A DNA stretch of 64,000 nt from an uncultured delta proteobacterium (GCA_963847445.1 CAWJZV010000046.1:256001-320000), one strand, 5' to 3'. Positions 1 through 10,691 are shown, numbered from the stretch's first letter. The notes: generated from the sequence alone by a model not told the origin. Translations and numbers: made by a program.

Positions 1-118
1 GGCGAGTAGATACCAATTCAGGAGAATAGCAAGTCCCCGCGCTGGGTCTCGCGGCCGAGACGCGGCGACGCTATCCGCCAAGCCGTTACCGGAGTGGTGG
101 GCGCGTGGATGTTTTTCT

Positions 119-1153
119 TTAGAATCCGGCGCCTTTGGTGGTCAGTTTCATGCGATAGATATTGGTGTTCGAGGTGATGAACAGCGACGAGCCATCTTCG
201 CCCCAGGCGAGGTTGCCAGTGGGGACGCCGGTTTCAATGCTGCCGAGATGTTTGCCGTCGGCGGAGATGAGGTGGATGCCGCCGGGGCCGGCGCCGAAGA
301 TGTTGCCTTCGCGGTCGACTTTCATGCCGTCGGGTACGCCAGATTTGTTCTTTGCCCATGCCGTGCCGTTGAACAGCACTTTGCCGTTCTCAATGTTTCC
401 GTCCGCTTTAACATCGAAAACCATCCAGACCGCGTTGGCCGGGATCGGCGTTGCTGATGTAGAGCGTCTTTTCATCCGGCGAGAAGGCGATGCCGTTGGG
501 CGCTTTGAGGTCCTTGGTCGAGCAGCGTGAGCTTGCCGTCTTTGGAAGAGTTGTAGACGCCTTGGAACGGAGTCTCTTTGCGCGGGTCGTCGTAGGATTT
601 GCGGCAGACCGAAGGGCGGATCGGTGAAGTACAGATCGCCGTTGGATTTGAACACGACATCGTTGGGGCTGTTGATCCGTTTGCCTTCGTAGCGGTCGAC
701 CAGCGTGGTTTTCTTGCCGGTCTTTTCCAAGCGGCCGATGCGCCGGTCGCCATGTTCCGCCGACACCAGGCGGCCTTCGGGATCGAAGGCGAGGCCGTTG
801 GATCCCGGCTCCGGCCCGTCGAATGGTCGCGGTGCCGGTGTAGCCGCTCGGCTTGAGAAATACGCTGGTGCCTTTGCCCTCCTGCCATTTGATTATCGAG
901 TTGGTCGGGATGTCGGAGAAGAGCAGATAGCCTTCCTTGCGGTTCCACACCGGACCTTCGACCCAGTGGCGACCGCTGACGATGCGTTTCAATCGACGTT
1001 GAGCGGCACGAGCTTGTCGAACCTTGGGTCGATACGAATGATGTCGATTTGCTGGATCGGTTTGGCCGGCTGCGGTTGCGCGAGGGCGCTCGATGCGATC
1101 GTTATGGCGGCGGTGGCCAGGGTCCAATGTAATTAATCGTGAATGAGCTTCAT
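119..1153 (-). CDS. SMP-30/gluconolactonase family protein, probably exported; frameshifted
   Basis: Motifs WVEGPVWN, LLFSDIP, NSPNDVV, FTDPPFG, APNGIAFSPDE and PDGMKVD spread over ORFs 408..1244, 472..948 and 119..766. Confidence 0.88.
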
Positions 1154-1185
1154 GGCTGCTGTCGCGTAGTGTGATCATCGTGATC

Positions 1186-1440
1186 TCAGTCGTTAAAGAT
1201 TGTTCGGAGATACTCGCCGCAGGCGCCGCATACGAGCTCGACATTACTCGGGCCGGAGATTTTCCAAGAAGCGCGGCAGGCTTGCCACGAAGTTCGCAGG
1301 TTTCGTGGCCGAAAAGCGGCAGTCATCGGTCGGACCGTCGGTGTTCGCGGTTGTCGCAGTGGGCGTTAGTTAGATCGTCGATCGGGATCTCGCGTTTGTC
1401 GGCGAAGTTTTGCATCGGAGTTCTCTTTTTCGGTTCCATG
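1186..1440 (-). CDS. small hypothetical protein with a C-terminal CGAC motif; frameshifted
   Basis: ATG just downstream of an ECF-type promoter; a downstream frame reads VELVCGACGEYLRTIFND-stop. Confidence 0.35.
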
Positions 1441-1456
1441 GTGTTGGGTTTAGGAG

Positions 1457-1485
1457 TTAGATGCACCGGTGTGAGCATAGGTTGC
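1457..1485 (-). promoter_or_regulatory. ECF-type promoter, copy 1: GCAACC-N16-CATCTAA
   Basis: Read directly; same motif and spacing recur at 5906, 9887, 10597, 10756 and 17579. Confidence 0.8.
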
Positions 1486-1499
1486 GGGCGGTAGTTTAG

Positions 1500-1682
1500 C
1501 TAATCGGCGATTCGCGAGACCATGGCGCCGCAACCAGGGCAGTTGTGATGTTCTTCAATCAAACCGCCGAGCGAGATGTCGACCTTCGCGGCCTCGGGCA
1601 GTTCGGCAGCGTAGATCAGTTTATCGGCGTGGTGATTTATTTCATCGCCGCACTTAGGGCAGACCATCTTATTCTTTGCCAT
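1500..1682 (-). CDS. small zinc-ribbon protein
   Basis: 60 aa with CPKC and CPGC; GGAG RBS; directly follows the FMN reductase gene. Confidence 0.75.
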   Translation of the reverse strand: MAKNKMVCPKCGDEINHHADKLIYAAELPEAAKVDISLGGLIEEHHNCPGCGAMVSRIAD

Positions 1683-1691
1683 TTCTCCCGG

Positions 1692-2264
1692 TTAGCTTTC
1701 CAGGGCGATGTGGTCGCGGCCGTAGCGTAGAGCCTTGGCCATCCAGACGAGTTCGTCTAAAAATTTGTCGGCGCGCTTGATAAACGCCTGATCGAGGAGC
1801 TTGCCCGATTCGTCGAATACGTTGGCGACGTTGCCGAAGTTGACATCCCAAAAAATATTGACCAGGCCGAGCTCGCGAATCACCGGCAGCAGATTCTGAA
1901 TCGCGCGCACGCCGCCGAAAGGCCCCGCGGATACCCCGACGATTCCGGCCGCTTTGTGGATATACTCCTTCAGGCAGCTGTCGAGCACATGTTTGAGCAG
2001 GCCGGGAAAGCTATGATTGTATTCCGGTGTGACGATCACCAGAGCGTCGGCCATGGCCATTTTTTCCGCGAAGACCGGGTCCTTGATACCATCTCCGGCA
2101 TCATCCATCGGCAATGGTATCTGCGAAATATCGATCAACTCCGTGGTAACTCCCTGCCGATTTGCGATCTGCTCCGTCATGAAGCGCGCCGCGTGGGCGC
2201 TTATGCGTCCTTTGCGGGTTGTTCCGAGAATTACCGGTATGCTCAACGGCCGGGTGTTGATCAT
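1692..2264 (-). CDS. NADPH-dependent FMN reductase (SsuE/ChrR-like flavoprotein)
   Basis: GTTRKGR, TPEYNHSFPGLLKHVLD, GPFGGVRA motifs. Confidence 0.92.
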   Translation of the reverse strand: MINTRPLSIPVILGTTRKGRISAHAARFMTEQIANRQGVTTELIDISQIPLPMDDAGDGIKDPVFAEKMAMADALVIVTPEYNHSFPGLLKHVLDSCLKEYIHKAAGIVGVSAGPFGGVRAIQNLLPVIRELGLVNIFWDVNFGNVANVFDESGKLLDQAFIKRADKFLDELVWMAKALRYGRDHIALES

Positions 2265-3933
2265 CTTACGCTCCTTCGCTGTGCTTGGGAGAGATGGTCA
2301 ACTGCCGCATCAGGCCGAATACCCGGAACATTCAACGCCATGCGATAGAGTGTGTTCTGCGCGGTGATGTAGAGCGTCTTGCCGTCGGCGCCGCCCCAGG
2401 CGAGGTTGTGCGGGTTCTTCGGCGTCTTGATCGTGCCGAGGTGTTTTCGGCGCGAGATCACCCAGATACCGCCGGGGCCGCAGACGTAAAGATTGCCTTG
2501 TGATCGACTTTGATGCCGTCGATGGCGTCTTCGCCGGGCGCCTCGTCATGTCGAAGAAGACTTTGCCGTTGGACAGCGTGCCATCGGCGTCGACTCGGTA
2601 GCGCATGACGACTTTCTTTTCCGGATCCCAGTTGCCGACGTAGAGATATTTCTCGTCCGGCGAGAAGGCGATACCGTTGGGGCCTTTCAGATCGGTGCTG
2701 ATCCAGTTTGAGCTTGCCGTCTTTCAGGCTGAAGACGCCGCTGTAGGGCAACTGTTTGCGCGGGATCGTCGTAGAATTTCGGCAGATCCAAACGGCGGAT
2801 CGGTGAAGAACAGCGCGCCGTCGGAGCGGTAGACGAGATCGTTGGGCCTGTTGAGCCGCTTGCCTTCGTACTGTCGGCGAGAACGGTCACGCGTCCGTCT
2901 TTCTCGATGCGCGCGACACGGTGGTTGCCATGCTCGTTGATCGTCAGCCTTCCTTGCGGGTCGAGGGTTAGGCCGTTGGAGCCGGGCTGAAAATATTCGC
3001 CGATGTCTTTGCCGGAGTAGCCGCTGTTGGTTTTGAAAACCGACAGCTTGCCGTCGCCGCCGTATTTGTAGATCGTATTGGCATTGGGATCGCTGAAGAG
3101 AAAATCGCCGCTCTGGGTCCAGATCGGTCCTTCGGTGAATTGAAAACCTTCGGCGAGCTTAAAAATCTTCGGGTTGAGCGGCACGATGGCATCGATGGCC
3201 GGATCGACGCGCTCGACATTGACGTTGACTTCGTGCGGCGCGACGGCGACCGGTCCAGCCGGGACTTGTGGAATTCCAACCGGCGCATAGCGCATCCAGA
3301 TATAGTTGGTCGGCGGCTGCGATATCGGGCCGTTGGCGCCGAAGATGGCGAGCTGAATGGTCTGCCCCGGCTTGACGCCGCGGCCGATGACCAGACGATT
3401 CTCTGCGTTCCAGCCTTTGATCACCGAGCCGCCGCTCTGGCCGGCGGCGCGCGGCAGTTCGCCGTCGACCCAGACTTCGGCGTAGTCGTCGAGCGAAGTC
3501 GAAAACGACCGTCGAGCCGGTCGGATTGAAGTTGCCGATGCGCTCGGGGACGGTGATCTTGATTCGATACCAATTGAAAGCGAGCTTGCCGTTGGTGCGT
3601 CGCTTATCCAGGCTGGTCGGTTCGATTACTTCCCATTTCGAATCGTCGAATTCGGCACGGCCGGCTTGCGGTGTGATGTCGTAGGTCTTGTTCGGCGTCG
3701 TCGATGGTTGTCCGTCGGCGCCGACGGCTTTGAAATCGACTTCGATAATTTTCGTGTCGCTGTAGCGCCATTGGCCTTTGACGAGTTGGACGCCGCCTTT
3801 GTTCCGAGGTCGACTTTGCGCCTTCGGCGCGCGTTTGGTGGGCTGTTTCGTTGAGGGGATGGCGTGAGACGATTGATTCGGCGCCCAAGTGCAACCACAA
3901 GGGTTGCGGGAATTATACTTGAGTTAGTTTCAT
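2261..3933 (-). CDS. large SMP-30/gluconolactonase family protein with an extra N-terminal domain and signal peptide; frameshifted
   Basis: FQFTEGPIW, FSDPNAN, PGSNGLTLD, GPNDL and DGIKVD in fragments 2687..3424, 2458..2751 and 2261..2461; N-terminal fragments continue to about 3933. Confidence 0.82.
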
Positions 3934-3943
3934 TGAACCTCAG

Positions 3944-4813
3944 TTAGCGGCGCGGACTTTGACGACGTAGTAGTTGAGCGGGCCTTTGACTTCCTTGAAC
4001 CAGTGCGGCGTGTTGTGCGGCACGATGATCACGTCGCCTTTGGTGACGTGCGTCTTTTCGCCGCCTTTGACGTTCGCTGCCGCGGATCTCTTCGGTCTCG
4101 ATGTTTTTACCGCCGACAATGGTGCCGCCGGTGACCGAGGTGGCACTTGCCGTCGAGCATGTAGATGATGTCGGTGTCTTTGGCGTGGACTTCGACCACG
4201 CCGGGCTCGTCACGGTGGCTGGCGTGGACTTTATAGTTGGCGATTTCGAGTAGCGGCATGCCCTTCTCAAACGCCTTGTTCACCTGACCCGCGGAGAAGT
4301 AGTTCGACCTTGGGCGCCGCTGCTTTCGCCATCTCAGTGTCTGCGGTGAACGCCAGCACGTCGGCCTTAGCGATGTCTTCGTCTTCCTTCGGCGTGTTGC
4401 CGCTGACGCCGATGGCGCCGATGGTTTTGCCGTCGACGTTCAGCGGCAAGCCGCCTTGCAGTGGCGTTGCGCCGGGTAGCGCCAGAGACGCGATTCGGCC
4501 ATTCTTTATCTGCTCTTCGAAGTCGCGGCTCGGCCGGCGGAAGATCGCCGCCGTGCGCGCCTTGCCGATGCCGACATCGACACTGGCGACCTGGGTGTCG
4601 TCGAGACGTTTGACGATCAGCGGGTATCCGCCCTCGTCGACCACGACGATGACTACCGTGGCATTGCGTTTCTTGGCTTCGATTTCGGCGGCGAGGGACG
4701 ATCTTTTCCGCCGCCGCGAGTGTGAGAATCTTTTTCTCCGAAAGCTGCGCCGAACTCATTGACGGCGCGATCAGCGCGAATAACACAATCAAGATAAATG
4801 CTTTGAGTTGCAT
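3944..4813 (-). CDS. HbpS/GlcG heme-binding protein fused to a C-terminal cupin; frameshifted
   Basis: Signal peptide; VVDEGG..GKARTAAIFRRPS..LQGGLP..GAIGVSG; cupin KGDVIIVPHNTPHWF. Confidence 0.85.
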
Positions 4814-4899
4814 CCTATTCTCCTTGATCCGAACCGTTGTGCGTTTGAACCCTTCGATTGACTCAGACCAGGCTCTTGAACCTTTGAACGGTTCGTTGC

Positions 4900-5372
4900 T
4901 TAGCGCAGCGCCGCCGCGCCAGCCATAGCGAGATCTTCATCTTGCTGGGCGCTGGAGGCGCCGCTGACGCCGATGGCGCCGACGATCTGGCCGTCGAACA
5001 TGATCGGCACGCCGCCTTGCAGCGGCGTGAAGTCATGCAGCGAAGTCATGGCGGTGCGTCCTTTGTTGATAATGTCCTCGAAAGCTTTGGTCGGCCGTTT
5101 GAAGATCGCCGCGGTACGCGCCTTGCCGATGGAGATGTTTGCGCCGGCGGCGAAGGTGTTATCCAAACGCTCGGCCGCCATCAAGTTGCCACCATCGTCG
5201 ACCACCGCGATGGCGGCGCCGGAGCGTTTAGTTTGTTCGCTTCGGCGACAGCAGCGCCGATGACTTTCTTGGCGCCTGCTAAATTCAGGCCTGGTTTTGC
5301 CGTGGTCTGCGCTTGTGCGTCAGAAATCATTAGGACGGAAAACAAGGTTACAGGCAGGACTAAAAACTTCAT
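4900..5372 (-). CDS. HbpS/GlcG family heme-binding protein, exported; frameshifted
   Basis: Signal peptide; VVDDGG, GKARTAAIFKRPT, LQGGVP, GAIGVSGA. Confidence 0.88.
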
Positions 5373-5456
5373 GGCGTCTCCTGTCGGTTATATTGGCAAA
5401 AATTGCTGGCCGGGCTCTGAAGGGCGAACCCGGCCAGCGTCGCATGGAGGACGGCT

Positions 5457-5861
5457 CTACATGACGGGCTTGTCGAAGGCGGCTTCGCCGAGATTACTCT
5501 CGGCCCAAGCACACCAGATCACGACCTTGGCGACTTCCTTGATGTAGTCGGGCAGAGTGATCTTGCGATTCATCTTGTTGTCTTTAATGGCGATTCTCTG
5601 CAGCATGAAGACCGTGCCCTTGGAGTCGACCACCTGCCAGTGCGGATCGGGCGTATCGGGGTTCTTGAAATCGTCAGACAAGGACAGTACAAGCTTGCCA
5701 CCTTCTTTGCTCGACGTAACAAAGCCGGTATTCGCCTTCGCTCCCTTGAATGCGCCGCTCTTCATCATCATCTCAGCGGCGTAGAGCTGGCTGCTACACA
5801 GCAGACCTGCCCCCAAGGCTACCGCTAAGGTTTTGCCGTGTCGTTTAGTTTTATCTTTCAT
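5457..5861 (-). CDS. DM13-like exported electron-transfer protein
   Basis: Signal peptide; SGAFKG, LSDDFKNPDTPDPH, VVIWCAWAESNLGEA resemble the DM13 pattern; AGGAG RBS. Confidence 0.65.
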   Translation of the reverse strand: MKDKTKRHGKTLAVALGAGLLCSSQLYAAEMMMKSGAFKGAKANTGFVTSSKEGGKLVLSLSDDFKNPDTPDPHWQVVDSKGTVFMLQRIAIKDNKMNRKITLPDYIKEVAKVVIWCAWAESNLGEAAFDKPVM

Positions 5862-5905
5862 CGTACTTTCTCCTTTGTGTTGTGGCTTCATGGCCGATTC
5901 GCCAG

Positions 5906-5934
5906 TTAGATGCAGCGATGGTGAAAAGAGATGC
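5906..5934 (-). promoter_or_regulatory. ECF-type promoter, copy 2: GCATCT-N16-CATCTAA
   Basis: Identical -10 and 16-nt spacer, variant -35; upstream of the DM13-like gene. Confidence 0.7.
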
Positions 5935-6047
5935 GCGGTGCGGGGACTGGAATGCAGAATGGAAAATGGCTAACGCAAAATGGCTGTACCCTTACGATGA
6001 CCGTGGGTGCAGCCTTCTGCCTTCCGACTTGTGATTCTGGCTTCTTG

Positions 6048-7053
6048 CTACGTGAATTGCGGCAGGGCGGTCTCGGCCCAGCGCGGTCGGACGCCGGCCA
6101 TGTCGAGGGACGCCATCACGCGTTTGGGTTCGCCGAGGTCGTTCCAGCGCACGCCGGTGACTTTCAGCACCGCCAGCCGCTCGGGCTTTGAGCGCCAGCA
6201 CTTGGTGGGAAAAGTTGACTTCGTGTCAGGCGAGTTGTAGAGCAGCTCGATCGCTTTCGCTTCCGCGGCAGTGCCGAAAAGCGGCGTCAACGCGGCGAAG
6301 GAGCGATAGAGTTCGGGGATCGCGCTCTCGATGATGTCGAGCAACGCTTGCACCGAGGCGACCATGACAAAGCTGTTCCACAGGCAGCCGCGCAGTTGCA
6401 GCACTTGCGCGAGCATGCGGTTGGGTTTTTCCCAGAAACGGCGCACGCCGAAGACTTTGCGCGTGACCGCGAATGGCCTGGCTCGGTTCGATCCAGCCGT
6501 ATTCGACTTCCGGGCTTTCGGGTTCGAGGCCGAGCAGCATGATCAGATCGCGCCGCGCGGCGGCGGTATCGAGCGCGGTGCGGATCTGCGCCATGAACTT
6601 GGCGTCATCGGAGATGTAATGATCGGAAGGGAAGAACGCGACAATGGCGTTGGGATCCCGCGCCGCGATGCGCAGCAGGCTATATAGGATCGCCGGCGCG
6701 GTGCCGCGATTGCTCGGCTGCACGACCAAGTTGGCAGTCGGTTTGTCGTGCAAGATTGGCTCGGTAGAAATTTTCATGGGCGCGATTGACGACATAGAGC
6801 GTGCGCTGCCGGCGCGAGCTCCAAAGGCGGCACGGTCTTGGGTCTCTTCGAGCAGCGTGCCGCGGCCGAGCACCGAGCAGAACTGTTTGGGCCGCTCGTC
6901 GCCGGCGATATGGCGGGTAAGAGATTTAAGCCGGGTGCCGTCGCCGCCGGCCAAGATGACCGCCCATTCGTGGTCCGCGCGTTGCTCGAATGTTTTTGCT
7001 CGTGCTGTTTCATTTCGCGTCCTCGATCTTTTTAGTTTCGCAGGCCCGTGCAA
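6048..7053 (-). CDS. sugar-phosphate nucleotidyltransferase (mannose-1-phosphate guanylyltransferase-like); frameshifted
   Basis: VILAGGDGTRL, PKQFC, QPSNRGTAPAI, FFPSDH, EYGWIEP, RRFWEKP, WNDLG. Confidence 0.88.
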
Positions 7054-7072
7054 TCGTCCGTCTTTTTTGTGT

Positions 7073-7743
7073 TTAAGTTGCTGTGCGCTACTTTCGGAAG
7101 GATGCGGCGCGGTGATAGTTGCTGCTCAGCTGCCGCCACTGTCACCGCCGCCGCGCCGCGCCGATTCGTCGCGCCGCGCGCGGTCGATTTCTTCGTCGAA
7201 GTCTTTTCCGATGCGTTGGGCTGCTATGCCAAGCTGGTTGTTATCGAGTATGTTGGCCAGAGCTCTTTCGGACGTCGCGACGTATTGTCACGCCGCTATC
7301 CCAAGACAACCCAAAGACCGGGTCTGCCGCGATATACTCGATGGTTTCATGGATGCTCTTGAGGCCGGCTTCGATCTCTTTTCTGCCGCGATCGCGGTCG
7401 CCGCTGCGTAGTAAAGTCAAACCAAGATAGAGATGGGCCAGGGCATCGTCGTGATGGATGCTGACGGCTTTTTCCAGGGTCGTCCGTGCAGCCTTATCAT
7501 TACCGGTTTCGTAGTAGGCTCGGCCTAGATAGGTCAGGACACGTGCCGGGACCCATGTAGGGGTGCGATACTTCGGGTCTGATCGGCGGCGCGCATCAGA
7601 TAGCCGACCGCGTCGTTGGGGCGGCCGGTTTGCAGGGCATTGCGGCCGGCGGTGTACATCGCCGGCGACTGGCACGCTGGCACGCTCGAAAAGTAGATTA
7701 GCGCGGATAAACAGCTCGGAACGAGTAACGTACGAGTCTTCAT
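7073..7743 (-). CDS. TPR-containing exported protein or lipoprotein; frameshifted
   Basis: Hydrophobic N-terminus; TPR-like TYLGRAYYETG and ALAHLYLGLTLL. Confidence 0.7.
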
Positions 7744-7777
7744 GTGAGACCCTCCTAGGTTCTTGGGCTTCACCTTC

Positions 7778-8574
7778 TTAATCCTTAAGACTGCCGGTTT
7801 GCCGCAGAAGATGCAGCGTTTGGCAGTTGTCGTGATGGAGTTTGGCGCAGGCCACATCGTGAGAGCCGCGGCTCCGTATGTAGACCTCCGCAGCCGCCAG
7901 CATGCCGATCAGCGGTGCTGTGAAGTAAACCCAGAGACCGTCCATGAGTTCGCGACAATTGCCGAAGCCAAAGTAGCGCGCCGGATTCATGCTCATGCCG
8001 GAGATCGGCGCTTCGAATGTAATGTACGCAGCTACCAAGCGCCGGCGCACAGGCCGGTAAATTTATGCAGCTTGGGGTGGTTCGAAACATGCAAGATCAC
8101 GGTCATGAGAACGAAGGTAATGGCGATTTCTGCTGCGAACGCTCCAAGACTACCCAAAGTACCGGGCACAGTGACGACGTAATTGACGGACGCGTGCGCC
8201 GCCCTGGGAGGAGTAGAAAGCCGCGATGATGGCGCCGGTGTGGCCGCCGACAAATTGCGCGGCGATGTACAGGATGGCGTCCCACTTGGCGACCTTGCCG
8301 AGCCGGAAGAAGGTTAGGGTGGTCGACGGGTTGAATGCGCGCCGGATTGTTTGCCCCAGGGTGAATAGATGATCGCGATGGCCGTGCCGCCCATCGCCAA
8401 GCCCATCATGAAGCGGCGTAAGCGTAGAGTTGACGACCGCTTGGTGCACGGGGGACGGCTGGATGCTCGAGCAGGGTGGCGAAGCTGAATGCCGAGATCA
8501 TGAATAGCCCCAGGCAGGCGGCTTCGATCAGGTATTCGGGCCAGTGGTGTTTGAGAGCCAGCGTCATCTCTCAT
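7778..8574 (-). CDS. MIP/aquaporin family channel with a Cys/His-rich C-terminal tail; frameshifted
   Basis: HWPEYLIEA start, SGAH..NPS and SGMSMNPAR loops, multiple TM segments, tail CAKLHH..CIFC. Confidence 0.85.
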
Positions 8575-8664
8575 TGGATGACGGCGGCGGAGCGCAAGGG
8601 TGCAGGCGGTTCGTGGCTCGTGCTCGTCGCGGATTCACGAACACGTACGAACCACGTAACTTGA

Positions 8665-9779
8665 TCAATTGAGTTGGATGACGTTCTTGATCCCCGTGGC
8701 TTTGCCGAGCAACAGCTCGCGATGGTCGGTCATGCCAAAACGGCCGGTGATCAACGATCGCACCGCCTCGGGCCAGGCGTCGTTGAAGGTCTGCAGGTCG
8801 CGGATCGCGGTTTCGAAAATGTCGCGGCCGGCGTTGACGGTGCCGAACACCACCTGGTTCTTGAGCACGAGATTGCGCATCATCAGATCGGTGTCGATTT
8901 CCACCGGCCCTTTGCGGCCGGGCACACCGGTGAAGATAAAGATGCCGTTGGTGCCGAGCTATTGCATCATGTCGAAGGCCAGGCGCGACGCGCCGGTGGC
9001 TTCGTAAACCAGGTCGACGTTGCCGATCTCGCGCGGCGAGCTGCTCGAGCGAATGAGTCTGCGCCGAGCGGTACTGGGCGCCGATCATTTCGAGCACGCG
9101 CGGATTTGTCGTTGGGCGCCGGTTCGCGGGCGTAAACGTAGGTGTCGAAGTCGGCATTCACCAGCGCCATCGCGCCGAGCAGGCCGACCGGGCCGGCGCC
9201 GAGCACCACGGCCTTGCGACAATGAGCGCGGGCTTTGCCCGGAACCACCGGGCAGCCCCAGGGCAGCCGTTGCTGGACGTGCCAGACCTGGGCCAGCGCT
9301 TTTTCGGCGATGGTCAGCGGCTCGACCAGCACGGCGACGTCGCGCAGAGCGCGCGGAACGAGGTTCATGTAAACTTCGTCGTCGACGACGAACTGCGTCA
9401 TGAAGCCATGCTGCTCTTTGATGCCGCGCTCGGTGAAGTCGCCGGTGAAGCAAAAGTCCTGGCGGCTCGCGCGGCAGGCCATGCAATGATCGTGGGGGCA
9501 GGGCCGGCGCACCATCGGCACCACCAGATCGCCGACGTTCACCCGCGTGACCTCGGCGCCGACCTCGACGACTTCGCCGAGCGACTCGTGGCCGATCACC
9601 AGATCGGCCATGCCGGCGGGCGGCGTGCCGTACTCGAAGGCGCAGATCTCCCGGTCGGTGCCGCAGACGCCGACTTCGAGCATGCGCAGTTTGACATCGG
9701 TGGGGGAGGACAGCTTGGGTTCGGCGATGTCGATCAGCGAAACCTGTTTGATTGACGGCGTGACGGCGATGGCGCGCAT
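8665..9779 (-). CDS. zinc-dependent glucose 1-dehydrogenase (MDR family); frameshifted
   Basis: GVCGTD, GHESLG, VRRPC..C..C..C, ERGIKEQHGF, EPLTIAEKA, GAGPVG, VFGTVNA. Confidence 0.88.
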
Positions 9780-9886
9780 GTTATTCTCCTCTGTTGGCGA
9801 ATGACCGGAAAGTTTAGCGGTTATTCAGTTAACCGAAATGGTTGGGTGCAAAGCCGTCGCGATCCGACGGTTTGACCTTCGCTTCG

Positions 9887-9915
9887 TTAGATGAGTGGGG
9901 CGCGCAAAAGGTTGC
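9887..9915 (-). promoter_or_regulatory. ECF-type promoter, copy 3: GCAACC-N16-CATCTAA
   Basis: Exact motif upstream of the glucose dehydrogenase operon. Confidence 0.8.
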
Positions 9916-9942
9916 GCCTTCAGCGCCACAGCCAGGAAGTGT

Positions 9943-10209
9943 TTACAGAGAGCGGCGTAACTGCAAATACGGCTGCGGCGGTTTGTTCAGCCGCCCGCGG
10001 AGAAAGCTCCGGGTCATCTCAAGGGTTTTTTTGTAGGTTGCCAAAAACGCGCCGCAGTCTCGGCAAGCGCCGAGGTGTGCTTCGAAGGCACGGCGCTCGG
10101 CTTGGCTCAGATCGTTCGTCAGATAGTCGCTGAGCAGATCGACTTCGTCGCGACAGGTAGAAATGGCGCGGTTAGCGCGGCGATTTTTCCTGGCTGGTTT
10201 GGCAATCAT
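9943..10209 (-). CDS. zf-HC2 (ZAS) anti-sigma-like protein, copy 2
   Basis: TCRDEVDLLSDYL..FEAHLGACRDC (HxxxCxxC). Confidence 0.88.
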   Translation of the reverse strand: MIAKPARKNRRANRAISTCRDEVDLLSDYLTNDLSQAERRAFEAHLGACRDCGAFLATYKKTLEMTRSFLRGRLNKPPQPYLQLRRSL

Positions 10210-10305
10210 GGTTGCATCCTGCGCGGCGAGCGCGCTTCTGTTCCTGGCGAGCCAGGAATGCGTCGCTTCGGATTGGGAAATACTCTGGTGCAGCAAAGGC
10301 CATCA

Positions 10306-10567
10306 CTAGGCCCAAGCCGCGCTGCGACGGCCGAGATTACCGCGCCGCAAGGAGCGAGTCGGTTTGCCGCTGGTTAGACGAACCGGTGCCAACGCGCGCC
10401 CGAATCGAACCCGGTGTGAGAGAAAAAAATATGCGCCAGGCTTTCCATCACCGGGCATCGTCATTGGTCTGGCTGGTGAGTGCCTGCAGGATCTCCAGCA
10501 AACTGGTCTTGATAGTCAGCTTTTTCGATTCGCTGAGTGCATTACCGTTGGCTCGCTCAGTTCTCAT
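10306..10567 (-). CDS. small hypothetical protein related to 17734..17946; frameshifted, missed by the ORF track
   Basis: MRTERANGNALSESKKLTIKTSLLEILQALTSQTNDD..; purine-rich RBS; directly after promoter copy 4. Confidence 0.55.
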
Positions 10568-10589
10568 GTCTGTTGCCCTTTCTATAAGC

Positions 10590-10691
10590 TCAAGACTTAG
10601 ATGCGCCCGGAGCAATAAATGTTACAGCAACGTCATCGTCGGAGTCAGTTATTACGCAGGGGAAAACGGCTTCCCAGCTGTTCATCGTCAT
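10590..10691 (-). CDS. 33-aa small ORF MTMNSWEAVFPCVITDSDDDVAVTFIAPGASKS
   Basis: GAGGAG RBS, downstream of promoter copy 5; RBS spacing fits the second Met better. Confidence 0.35.
   Translation of the reverse strand: MTMNSWEAVFPCVITDSDDDVAVTFIAPGASKS
10597..10625 (-). promoter_or_regulatory. ECF-type promoter, copy 4: GTAACA-N16-CATCTAA
   Basis: Same -10 and spacing. Confidence 0.72.

Noticed and set aside
10374-10402. Eighth ECF promoter (CGTCTAA)
   Set aside because: No -35-like element at the right spacing, and it lies within the small ORF; the match near 40491 inside tatD fails likewise.
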